64,000 bases of DNA from Eledone cirrhosa. Its lineage: Eukaryota. The position numbers were made by a program, and so were the translations under genes. This document shows positions 27,836 to 40,614 of this stretch, one piece after another (the stretch's first letter is position 1; every line of letters begins with the position of its first letter). The stretch spans positions 333,498,001-333,562,000 of the forward strand of contig OZ024740.1 in the NCBI GenBank assembly GCA_964016885.1, in the 5' to 3' direction. The notes under the pieces are model-generated. The model searched no databases and was not told the origin of the DNA. It was given only the letters and a program-made list of their open reading frames with translations.

Positions 27836-29940
27836 ACTTCCTCTCAATGGTTATACGCCCCATAATCAAGATGTCCCCAGATGTATGTGAAAGTACAGAG
27901 GACCTCCTCAGCAGAATCAGTGAGTGCAACAAAAACAGGAGCCTATCCAACTGCATAATAGGCAGCATGGATGTAGTGTCACTGTACCCATCCATTAACA
28001 TTGATTTTGCTGTGAAAAGATGTGTGGAGATGATCATTGAGAGTGAGGTGGAGTTCTGCGACGTCGACACAGACGAACTGGGCCTTCTACTTAGACTTAC
28101 CTACGACACTGACTACCTAGACAGCCATGACCTTAGATGTTTCTGCCCTAGTACACCTATAAGAGGTAGACCCCCCACCATAACCTCAATGGCTAAAAAG
28201 ACTCCCATAGGAAGGTGGATTGGGTGAACCAAAGCCATACGGACCCCACAAAACACTGATCAGGTAAGAAAAATGGTCGCACATGCAATAGGGGCTAGTA
28301 TCAAAACTACCCTAAAGGGCCACATATTTAAGTTCAATGAGAAAATCTACACCCAAAATGAGGGAGCAGCCATCAGTGTCAGCATAGCTGGTGATGTTGC
28401 CAACCTTTTCATGGTATGGTGGGAAAGGAGACTTAAAGATCTCCTTAATGAAAGCTCCATAGACCTCATCATGTACTCTCGTTATGTAGACGATATCAAT
28501 ATAGTTATAAGAAGACCCCCACTAGAGAGCACTAACAAGTTTGATTTAGAACGTAGCACGATGGAAAGCATCCAGCAGATAGCTAATTCCATACACCAGA
28601 GTATAACTGTAACTATAGACTTCCCTTCCAAACACCCTAACAATAGACTACCTGTATTAGACACAGAACTCTGGATTAACACTATAGACGAGAGAGCCCA
28701 AATTCTCCACTCACACTATGGCCTCCAAATACCTGATACTCAAAAACTCAGCAATGTCCAGTAGTGCCAAGTTTAATATTCTGATCGCAGATTTGGTACG
28801 AGTGATGAAGAATGTGTCCAGCATGTGCGACCCAACAGAAATGGAAGGACACATCCAACACTTCATCAACCGCATGCAGTTCTCTGGCTACAACCAAAGA
28901 GACAGAGTCAGAGTATACGAAGGAGCCATGGAAAAGTATAAGACCCTCATAGAACTGGACATGAAAGGAATCTGCCCACTATACAGGAGCAAATCATGGA
29001 ATAGCTTAGATAGGGCTAGACATAAGATAGGGAAGGCCACATCATGGTACGACAACCAGAGATATCAGAGTGTCATGTTTGTGGACGCCACCCCTGGAGG
29101 GAAATTAGCTAACCAGTGTAGAAAGGCCCTGAGAAAGACCCACTTAAAAATAAAGGTGGTAGAAAAGCCAGGAACCACCATAAAATCCCTGATCAGCAAA
29201 ACCTACCCTTTTAAGAAAACCCACTGTACCAATAGGAAGTGTATCATATGTAAGGTGAACCCCCGGATAAACTGTAAAACTAGAAACGTAGTCTATAGCA
29301 TAAGATGTACAGAGGGTACTTGCAGAAACATGACAACAACATACATAGGTGAGACAGCTCGTAGCATAGGTGAAAGGATAGACCAACACTGGGGGGAACT
29401 AAAAGGACGAAAAAACGGGTCAGTACTATACGAACATGCTAGACAACAACATGACGGTAACATAGACAACATAGAAATTAGAATAATATCTAAACATAGG
29501 AATGACCCAGCAGATAGGCAAATCAGAGAGGCCAGTGAAATAGAAATTAGAAGACCAAAGCTAAACAGAAAGAATGAGTGGAACAACAACAACACCCAAA
29601 CAAACAACACTGACCTAAGAGAAGTATAAATAAGTAAATAAAATTAAATAAAATAAGATAAATAAATACATACACAAGCACAATAACAACAAGCACATAA
29701 ACACACACTAGTCACCCAGCAGACACAACACTATACACACACGCAAACGCATGCGCAAAGAAGACAAAATAAAATAAGATAAACAAACAAGCAAATAAAT
29801 AAATAAATATATAGACAGACTGAACAAAAAAAATGGCGTAGACATACAACACAACAGGAGGAACAATTAATATAACACCACTGACGATGTTGCAGATGTG
29901 CAACGAAAGATTTATGTAAATTATGTAAACTATATATATA
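27836..29940 (+). pseudogene. 5'-truncated PLE: RT plus C-terminal GIY-YIG (one in-frame TGA, one frameshift) and 3' pLTR
   Basis: SMDVVSLYPSI, QNEGAAIS, RYVDDI, LPVLDTELW; CTNRKCIIC...NVVYSIRC...YIGETARSIGERIDQH...RQIREASEI...LNRKNEW (ORFs 27286, 28273, 28718). Confidence 0.92.
29876..29920 (+). ncRNA. Hammerhead core in the 3' pLTR
   Basis: CTGACGA-t-gttgca-gatg-tgcaac-GAAA; stem I is imperfect. Confidence 0.65.
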
Positions 29941-30173
29941 TGTGTTTGTGTCTATATTGTATCTGTATTATTTTTGACCGCCGGTCAGTCAATGGCAACA
30001 TTGAGGACCGAGTAAGTTAGATCGCAGATATAATAAAAGACAGCGAGAAGCGAAAACCAACCAAACAGTAAGTGTGTTCTGTTATTAATTCTGGCAATAT
30101 TACGCAAATATGACCCTCCCCAAGTATAACAATATCTGTTTCGACACACGATTTCATATAAAAAACCTTGCAA

Positions 30174-30244
<71 letters not shown>

Positions 30245-30247
<3 letters not shown>

Positions 30248-30434
30248 CGAAGGAAATGTGGTAAGGAACCAGGTGGACCATAACGCACCAAAGTATTCAA
30301 TACTTGGGGTAGTAGAGTGGGTAATAGGAACCGGTAAGACCCCGACAGCTGAGCTCAAGCCGTTTCGACGGCTAATTCTGAATTAGCCGTCGAAACGGCT
30401 TGAGCTCAGCTGTCGGGGTCTTACCGGTTCCTAT
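30245..30434 (-). mobile_element. Short foldback element, family Y
   Basis: Reverse-orientation homologue of 13295-13492; apex gctaattc-t-gaattagc. Confidence 0.9.
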
Positions 30435-30541
30435 ATATATATATATATTTAAGAGTTAAACAAGGTTCAATGAATACATCTAACAATGAGTTTTACACAC
30501 ATACATGTGTGTGTATTTATTTATATGTATGTGTGTGTATG

Positions 30542-30572
<31 letters not shown>

Positions 30573-30649
30573 GTATGGATATGTGAATGTATATGTATGT
30601 GTATATGTAGATGTATGTGTATGTGTGTGTGTGTGTATGTATTTATTTA

Positions 30650-30871
30650 TATGCATGAATGTGTAATTGTGTGTATTGCTTACCACGTGTGTTTGTTCAT
30701 TTATTTGTTTCCTGTATCGCTGTCAACTTTATAATAATTTTAACATTTATTTTTATTATTATATTTTTCTCATAATTAATTGTGTGTATGCGTGTATATA
30801 TGTGTGTATGTATGTGTGTGTATGTACGTGTGTATATATGTATGATTATGTGTGTATGTATATATATATAA

Positions 30872-30907
<36 letters not shown>

Positions 30908-31078
30908 GTGTGTGTTTGTGTATGTGTATGTATGGATATGTGGATATATATATATATGTGTATGCATTTCTATGTATGTGTATTTGTACGTGTATGTATA
31001 TGTGTATGTATGTATATATATATATACATATATATATATATGTATGTATATATAAATGTGTATCTATATACGTGTGTA

Positions 31079-31171
<93 letters not shown>

Positions 31172-31349
31172 TTCTTTTTCCTTTCCTTCTTCCTTTTCCA
31201 ACCACACTTTCATATAGATTATACTTTTGTTTTTAAAATCCAATGTCAATAAATACACAAGGATTTTTTCATTCTGATGATTGAAAGCAAAATGTGTTTG
31301 CTTTGAAGAAACTAGTAAATGAAATAATTACCTTATGTTGTTTATTACA

Positions 31350-31355
<6 letters not shown>
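30650..31355 (+). mobile_element. Solo copy of the outer pLTR module of the giant palindrome
   Basis: Matches ~7455-8190 (tgtgtattgcttaccacgtg ... cttatgttgtttattacataacta). Confidence 0.85.
31267..31324 (+). ncRNA. Minimal type I hammerhead ribozyme (intact)
   Basis: tttcatt-CTGATGA-ttgaaagcaaaatgtgtttgctttgaa-GAAA-ctag-TA-aatgaaa. Confidence 0.85.
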
Positions 31356-31430
<75 letters not shown>

Positions 31431-31433
<3 letters not shown>

Positions 31434-31648
31434 AAAAGAGTCAGGACCCCGACGGCAGCGCTGCGGCCGTTTCGGTAGCTAGATCCGAACTAACCCAACA
31501 GTATTACTACTGGCTTAATTCGGATCTGGCTGTCGAGACGGCTGGAGCTCAGCCGTCGTTGTCCTGAACCGTTGCATATTACCCACTCTACTACCCTAAG
31601 TATCGCGTATTATGGTGCCTTATTGTCCAACTCCTATCTTACCACTCC
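31431..31648 (+). mobile_element. Short foldback element, family Y (old copy with larger loop)
   Basis: caggaccccgacggc...gagctcagccgtcg...attacccactctactaccctaagtat. Confidence 0.75.
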
Positions 31649-31912
31649 TATATATATATATATATATATATAACTTATAGATAGAGAGAGAGAGAATTTT
31701 CATGGCCAGTTACTGCAACGGTGTTATACCGGGTGCGTACTTTTTGTTAATACTGAGAACCATGTTCAACCTGTAGCGATGAAAATGAACCGGACATTAA
31801 TTTCTCAATACGTTGGATATTTTATCTAATTATTACTGCCATATACATACACACAGGCACACGCACACACACAAACACCCACAAACACACACGCACGCAC
31901 GCACACGCACAC

Positions 31913-31970
<58 letters not shown>

Positions 31971-31971
31971 C

Positions 31972-32054
<83 letters not shown>

Positions 32055-32967
32055 TCAATATATATGAAGAGGATTACCGAATTTTTCAGATTTAGCATAA
32101 TTGCTGCATAATTCTTTAATGTGGCAACCGATCATGATGAGTAAATTTCCTTTGATGGGTTCTTTCAGAGAAGCTGATCATGAATATAGTTTACAGTGAT
32201 TGATCTTACAACTATTATATAATGCTGTGTGCACAATTGATATCAATAAATCAGTAACCAAGAATGTCATTAGTAAATATCTGCAGCGGCATATCAAAGT
32301 TTTTGAAGAGATGGACATATATATGCTGTAAGGCTTTTATATTCTGAGTTCAAATCTCATTCTTGTCATGTTTGCTTGTCATAATGCAAGTCGATGATAT
32401 ATTTACTTATAAATGATATTCACAAGATATATTTTGCGTGTAATATTTTGCATCAAGTATTGTTCACGGGTCACGCTGTTCAAAATGTAGTTCATCTTTC
32501 TTAAGCTGAACCAAGGAAAATTGAATAATTTCTCAAATTCTGGTGGACAGACCAACTAGTGTCGTTCACTTGCGTGATATTAAAAAATGCCATCACAATA
32601 TGTCATTTATTTGTAAAATTGAAATTGCGAAATGTAATTAATTATTTTGTAATAACACACACGCACACACACATACACACGCACAGGAACAGATACACGC
32701 CTACACACAGACGCACCCACCCCTACACACTCATGTGTATGTGTGTGTGTTTGTGCGTATGTGTGTGTGTACATGCCTGTGTGCATGTGTTTGCATACAT
32801 ATGAGTAATTTTGATTTTATAGAGGCATGGTAATTAAATATAGGTACAGATTTAATCATTCGATATCATGAAGATATTTGCAAAGATAAGAATCTAAATT
32901 ATAACAAATAATATTCAGAAAAGTGTGGTTAAAAAGAAATAGAGGTTTAGCTTTGACGTGTAATACA

Positions 32968-34066
32968 TCTTATAATATATAACCAGCAATTTCTCTGTCT
33001 GTCTGTCCGACGCGTAGAGAGAGAGTGAGAGTGAAAGAAAGAGACAGACTACAAGAGGGGGATAGCGGGAGGGAGAGAGAGAGAGGCTGGAAGAGGGGAA
33101 GGAAAGCTATGTCTTGCTGTCTGCATTACGATACATATATATATACACACACACACACTGAGCGCGTCATAATGACGTAATGCAGACAGCCAGACATACA
33201 GACAGATATTATAACGGCGCAACGTTATATCTATGTATCTATCTAAAAAGAAAGACTAAGAATTATATAGAGAGAACGCTAAATCGCCTAATGCGGTCCC
33301 TAGGGCATTGAAAATTTGAAATAATTTTTGCTCAAAACACTCACACGACCATAAGTATTACATGTCTAAAGTTTGAAAACAATCGGTTGGATGGTTCTCA
33401 AGTTTTAGTGAGCTTACAGACAGACAGACATTCTCTGTTTTAGATATATAGACTAGCAGAAAACCGCCCCCGAGTGGTTTTCTGCTAGTCAATATATATA
33501 AAACTGAGGATGTCAATCTGTGTGTGTATGAGTTTGAATCCCTAAAACTAGAGAAAAACCCAACCGACTGTTTTCAACCTTTACACATGTAATACTTATG
33601 TTTCAGGGAGTGTTATGAGCCTCCAAAAAATTAAATTTTCAATGCACTAGAGTCCGCATTGGGCGATTTAGCGATCTCTCTCTATAATTGTTAATCTTTC
33701 TCTTTTTAGATAGATACATATAACGTCGCGCCCTTGTAATATATGTCTGTATGTCTGGCTGTCTGCATTACGTCACTTCCTACAATTCTCTCTGCGTCCA
33801 GAACGCGCCCTTATAATATATGTATGTATGTCTGGCTGTCTGTTTCCTCCGGTTATTATTTGCCACCCTTGCTCAAGACAAATCTCAAACTCATTCCGCA
33901 ACAGTTGGTATGTGAACACAACTTCTTCCTCACGTTTTAAGCTACAGTGTTGCTTACCACCAGACCCTTACTTCTTTGCCAGCCGTGGTTGTGGCAATGC
34001 TAAGCTTAGCTAAGGTTATATATTTCACAGTACCTTATCCCGTGCAACGCCGGATACCACTGCTAG
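32968..34066. mobile_element. Composite non-autonomous Helitron-like element containing an internal ~600-bp inverted repeat
   Basis: a|TC start with (TCTG)n; 3' hairpin cccgtgcaacgccgg plus CTAG|t; IR 33173-33466 / 33475-33775 centred on gactagcagaaaacc..ggttttctgctagtc. Confidence 0.65.
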
Positions 34067-34660
34067 TTTATTCTATAAATTATATACTAATACAAGGAAA
34101 TCGATTGCAAATAATGATATATTCTGAATCAAACCATTATTATATTTGAAATGTTTAAATAAATGGGTGCAGCATTCTCATAATTAAATGATGATTTAGC
34201 AAATATCAACAGTTAAAAATAGTGTACATTCATATTTTCTATATTTGACCAAAAAATGAATTTTGTTTAGCAGAGAATATCTTTCAACACATTAATTCTC
34301 ATATGCATTACATTTTTTAGAAGGGAATTGTAACACTAAAACATATCTAAATAATGAAGGATTGCATATCAAAAATATACGCTGCAATACAAAATATTTA
34401 TGTTATATCTAAATCTCATAAATACCTCAAAAAGGCAAAAATTATCAAAACAGTATATTATTTGCAAATAAGTTATATATATATTTAAAATATGTACCAG
34501 AAATTCAGTGAAGATAAATGACATTTTTAGGTAGGAATGTAATGTCATATGCGCGTGTTCTTTTTTTATAATTTCATTTCTACAAAACCAAATGCATTTA
34601 TCACCCAAACGGCTTGATTTTGAAATGAAGAAGCTTGTATATTATATTCTTAGTGACTAA

Positions 34661-34880
34661 TAATGATTTCTACTATAGACACAAGGCCAGCAATTTTGGA
34701 GGAGGGGAAAGTCGATTAAATCGACTCCAGTGCGTGACTGGTAATTTATTTTATCGACCCCGTAACGATCAAAGGCGAAGTTAACCTTGGCGGGATTTGA
34801 ACTCAAATCATAAAGGGCCGTAACTCTATGCTGCAAAGCATGGCGTCTGCCCCTCTACCGATACTGGTAATCCACCACCC
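34661..34880 (-). mobile_element. SINE copy
   Basis: Reverse-complement homology to 3053-3236. Confidence 0.8.
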
Positions 34881-34971
34881 TTAGGGACCAATAATAACAA
34901 CAATAATGGTTTCTTAAGCATAAGACCAATAATATTTTGTGGAGATTATATATGTATGTATATATATATAT

Positions 34972-35283
34972 AAGAGTGAAGAATAACATGGAAACAGTAC
35001 AAAAAGTGTTTTATTTACAGTATTAACAATTGTTTCATTGATTAGGGTGTCTAAAAATTGCTAATCACTTGAAGATGGGCCACACAATTTTAAATACATG
35101 CATGCCTAATCAAATCATCGAAATAACTGTTATTCCGACGATTTGATGATTTGATTAGGCATACATGTATTTATAATTGAGTGACCCAACTTCAAGTGAT
35201 TAGCAATTTTTAGACATGAAACAATTGTTAATGCTCTAAATAAAACACTTTTTGTACTGTTGACCATGTTATTCTTCACTCTT
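34972..35283. repeat. ~145-bp-arm foldback with unique tail to ~35455
   Basis: aagagtgaagaataacatgg...aatcaaatcatc pairs with gatgatttgatt...ccatgttattcttcactctt; loop ~35121-35143. Confidence 0.88.
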
Positions 35284-35463
35284 TCACTATTATTACTCCA
35301 AGATTACCCTGCATAGGAATTCCCGAGAACTCGCCACCTAACTAAGGAAACCCCTTGTTGAGTCAAACAACGCCGTACGTTAAAACTATCCACAATACAA
35401 AGTACTCACAACCTCTAACTGGATTACCCATAACGATAATTTGTTCTCCCTTATATACATATA

Positions 35464-35505
<42 letters not shown>

Positions 35506-36304
35506 GCCTATGGTATCTCTTATTTTCTCTCATACACACACACTCACACACACACAGATACATAAATACACTAAAGGGGATTAAGCATAATAGGGTTAAC
35601 TTAAGGTTGTAGGCAAAATATCAATCGGTTCATTGAATATAACGTAAGATTTATAACTTATCCAATAAACTAATATTTAAACGAGAGAATTATGCATATT
35701 GCCTTTAAGGTGCCTAGTGATTTGCTCTGTGAACATTTTACTTTGAGAAAAAATAAAAATGTAAAACTTAAGAAGTATGCATTATCAGCTTTCTCATGAA
35801 CTGTTTCGAGTAAAATTCACTTTGCATTTTCTATTCTATGAATATAATTCCAAACTTGTAAATGCTTCATTTGCTCAGTTTGCTTTCTAACTTTAATATT
35901 TCTACTTGATGTATAAATTACGCCATTTGCCCTATTCTGCAATAAATCATCATATTTATCGAGAGATTTCAATTGACAGTCAATGTTCATTGTTATATGA
36001 TAACCTGCGTAATTGCGAGAGATAGAAAGCGCTACCGGAATGTATTCCGTTATCAAATATTAATGCGCCATAGATTTTATATGGAAAAGGCCGTATTCTC
36101 AAATATATGCAATGATACATGCACATATGTAGACATATATAATCTAGTTTTCACATTTACCTCTCGCTTAATATATGTGCGTATGTATATAGGTTTTTAG
36201 AAATGTGTATATGTCGTAACGCACGCCTTCTGTTGTTTTTCGACTGCTATAGAGCCCTTTAACCCCGCACAATTTTTCACTTCATGATTAGTATGTACAT
36301 ACAC

Positions 36305-36346
<42 letters not shown>

Positions 36347-36750
36347 GTACACACATATATATATATATGTGTGTGTGTCCGTTACCTTCTTGCTTATCTG
36401 CCTGTCTACCTGTTTGTCTGCCTGTCTATCAATCTATCTTTCTATTTCTCTCGCTTAGTCTCTCTCTCTCACTCTCTCCATATATGTATATAAATCGGAT
36501 GCAAAACAGATGCATAAAAGATAGAATGAAAAATTGCGCAAGGTTAAAGAGGGCAGAGATACACACACACACACAAACACACGCATATATATATATATAT
36601 ATATATGAGTGTGTGTGCACGCTCACGCGTGCGTGTACACATAATATATATTATATAAATGTGTAATATATATATATATACATATATAGTATTAAGGATA
36701 CTATTTATGGTTATGTATGTAACTGCCTGATCGTAATCTCTCTCTCTCTC

Positions 36751-36787
<37 letters not shown>

Positions 36788-37700
36788 ATGTGTACGAGAG
36801 AGAGAGAGATAGAGAGAGAGAGCGAGAAGGGGATTTCAAATCATTTTTACAGTAGTTCGCAGGTGGAATGAACTGTATTAACCTCTCTAATACAGACCCA
36901 AGTATTATAATCAAATTTATGTTGTTTTGACATCTTAAATTTACATCTACTCATATGTTACAATAGTTTGCTTTATCAGTACACATTATATAGCATCATT
37001 TCTTGTGATGTATTTATTTATTATCTTATCGTAATAGCTGAAATATATGTTCGTCGCTTACAGGCCAAAACATTTTCAACTCGGTAAAATAAAATTATCG
37101 CAACCCGCATTGTTCGACGTGCTCAGTCATGACGTGTTATACATTGTTGATTACATAGTTTATTGAATATTACACATTTTTTAAAATTAATTTCCGTATC
37201 GCATATATGAATGAAAAAAATATCGAAACCTCAGTTTTCTCAGAGATAATGCAGCCAACAAATGTTAAGGAGCAAATGAGAACGTATTGCCGATCCATCA
37301 TCAACATATCTCCAAACATATAACCCTTTAGGTAGTGAAAATAAACATAATAGTACTGGTTTCATAATGCATCCTTTCCAACGTCGCCCCCTCCCCCCTA
37401 AAAAAATGCTTCCCCAATATCACACATCAATCTAAAACTACTTTTCATATGTTGATTTAAAACTGCACTATCCACAAGTGTTTTTAACCTTCATATCATG
37501 TCCTCCTATTTTATCTGATGAAAACACAAATGTTATTGCATGATGATATTTGTTTTTGAAATGCGCATAATAAAATACATGGAACTCATTTAACCATCTT
37601 TTGATCTTATATATTATGTATACTCCAGTTCTACAAACTGTAGAGTGCTTCTTATCCGATATCTGCATTGCTTTATTGTACTACAATAAAACTCACCTCC

Positions 37701-37753
<53 letters not shown>

Positions 37754-37947
37754 TGATGTTCCCGTTGAAAATTGAAAAAGTCATAGGAGTGAAGAGTGCT
37801 CTATGTAAGTACCTGAGCTAAATTTAATGTATAATAAACAATACAATATAATTACCTCATTACCAGAGGTTTCCCGAATAAGACGAATACAAAAAAACGT
37901 CCGCATTCGTTCATCGGACAAGGCAAATGAAAACATAGTGAAATATT

Positions 37948-38004
<57 letters not shown>

Positions 38005-38024
38005 ATATATATGTACACACATAA

Positions 38025-38106
<82 letters not shown>

Positions 38107-38119
38107 TTATATACATATA

Positions 38120-38750
38120 TAATCCACAAAAAACCAACATTGCTGCATGAAATACAAAACCGAACCGTACAACTGCATCGGAACCGGCTGTCCGTCAATA
38201 TATGTCACACAACAAAATACTAACAGAGAAGCATCGCGGCCTAACTCAAGCCACACATCGAACAAGGACGAAGAGCCAGCAGATAGGAACGCCTCAAAAT
38301 GTAATTGCCACCTGCCGGATAAATGCCCACTACAGAATTGATGCCTGAATTTCAGCATGGTATACTGGTGCACCATTACGTCTGGCGACCAGGTGTGGTA
38401 TTACATAGTTTCTACGGCTGGTGACTTTAAAAAACGATAGTATGTGCATCGGTTCTCCATACGGCTCTGTAACACAACAACACTGGCCAATAACATCATG
38501 CAGCTTGTCGATAGTAATGAAGGATACGAAATAAGTTGGTTGAAATCGAATGCCAAAGCCAACGCGAACGTGATGGCCCAATGTGGATTATGCAATATGG
38601 GTTTACTACTTATTCTGCAATATGATAAGACGCTACTAAATGGCAAAATCGAACGAATGATTTTCTCTAGGCACAAAGCCACCAGCAAATTCTCGAACTA
38701 CAAACCAATAGAAACAGGATTTGATCCAGCAACCTCTCAATCCATATAAA
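38120..38750 (+). pseudogene. Decayed Hydra-type PLE linker plus GIY-YIG
   Basis: KCNCHLPDKCPLQN*CLNFSMVY...YYIVSTAGDFKKR...YEISW...CGLCN...LLNGKIE; same motif order as 41545-42000. Confidence 0.75.
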
Positions 38751-39844
38751 TAAACACCCCTGACAGATAGCGTCTGCTAAATTGGAACCCCCGTACTATT
38801 ATAACATCTCCTTTTCACGGTTAACGGTTAATCACCTTACAAACGCAAACTATATGTAACACTTCAAAGGTTACACGACCAACCAATAGAATGCAAAATT
38901 AGAAACTCCTGACCAATCGGACGCAAGAGTAGCTGACATTCCCTCAGTAATTAAGTATTCCTTCTTAAAAACACACCCCTTCAACTCCTTTTCCCTCACA
39001 TATAGTAACAATAATCCATTGCAGCAACTGTTGCTCTAAATCTGCGCTTCCACCCATTAAGCATTTATTTTTCAAAACATCTCCAATTCCACTTGTTATC
39101 ATTATGTTGTTTTATTGTATCCTGTTTTATTGCGCTGTCCAGTTACGTTGTGTCCTCACTAGATACTTCCTATCTTTACTTTCAACTCTACCGGTATTTC
39201 CACTTTTATTTTTATTTTCATCTTTATCTTATTGTCTTTTCATAACATTTCTTTTCGTGTTAGTTTTATAATTATTTGTTCATGCCATTATCGTAATATG
39301 TCCCTCTTCTCTATGCGTTCCTTCTTGTTATTATTCATGTTATTTTTCATGTACCTATACATACACAAGTTATAACATTAAAACCGAAATAGCATTTTGA
39401 GAATTTGGTTTGTGTAAATTGTAATTAAAATCAAATACCGCGGAACACTGCGGATAGCGGTTTTTAGATAAACCGGACCAATAAAACATTTGTTAATACT
39501 TGGAATAAAACCTACTATATATCAATTAACATGCGTTGGTCGTGAAGCCATCAGCCCCCGTAGCCGAAAAAACGAATGGCGAACGACAATCCCAGAAACA
39601 ACAAAATAATATTTTGTCCGTTTCTTCGCATCCAGGACTGCTTCAGAAATGGAACATATTACTCAATGTTGTTGTCTGGTTAAATCACGAGAACGGTTAA
39701 ATGATCAAGTGATCATGATCGGCATTGAAATATGATAAAGGTGTCTTTAACATTTACAACTTCTAATAATATTCCGTCATCCTTATTTTGAAGAAGTAAC
39801 ATGACGTCGAGTGTTTGAGTTGAATTGCATCTATATTTACCCTA

Positions 39845-39919
<75 letters not shown>

Positions 39920-39920
39920 A

Positions 39921-40518
39921 TCACTGACGAAGGACTATTTTTATCATATGTCACCCATGTGCAATCCACGCAGTATTCTTCTTTCTTCTCATGTTTTTTA
40001 TATATATTTACCTCGGCTGCATTTGTCTGTTTCTCTCTTACTGCTTCCCCGCTCTCTCTCTTTCTCTCACCTTCTTTCGCCCCCTCTGTCAGTTACACTT
40101 TCTCTCGACTGACCTCTTCCTCACACTCCACTCACTCACTCTCTGTTTCTCCCCTTCTCACTTCCTCCCGTTTGGCTTGTGTGGATCTCTTCTTGCTCAC
40201 ATCTCACACACATCAACACGGTCTGTACTTCTCTCGCTCATGAAATCCACCCAGCTTATGCTGATCAGACAACCATGTTACTTGTTTATTTTCCTATCTT
40301 AGGTTTGCTTTTATCCTTCCATGTTGTTTACTTGTCCCCCTCGCCTTACGCGAATTCTGGTCCCAAATAACTTCTTTTAGTTATTGCTCGCACCAACCTG
40401 AGGTATCTGATTTTTAATGCGATGAAATACCAATGATGGTTGGAAAATCACTGACGAAGGACTATTGTTATCATATGTTACCCATGTGCAAACCACGCAG
40501 TATTCTTCTTTCTTCTTT
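39921..40518 (+). mobile_element. ~527-bp element with ~70-bp terminal direct repeats in (TA)n
   Basis: tcactgacgaaggactatt...gcagtattcttctttcttct at 39921 and 40448; decayed HHR-like ccaac-CTGAGG..GAAA..gttgg at ~40392-40443. Confidence 0.8.
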
Positions 40519-40519
40519 T

Positions 40520-40612
<93 letters not shown>

Positions 40613-40614
40613 TT

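Noticed and set aside
30100-30434. Family Y and the 61.1-kb family as one composite element (adjacent at both 30 kb and 61 kb)
   Set aside because: Their relative order differs between the two loci; shared (TA)n targeting explains the adjacency better.
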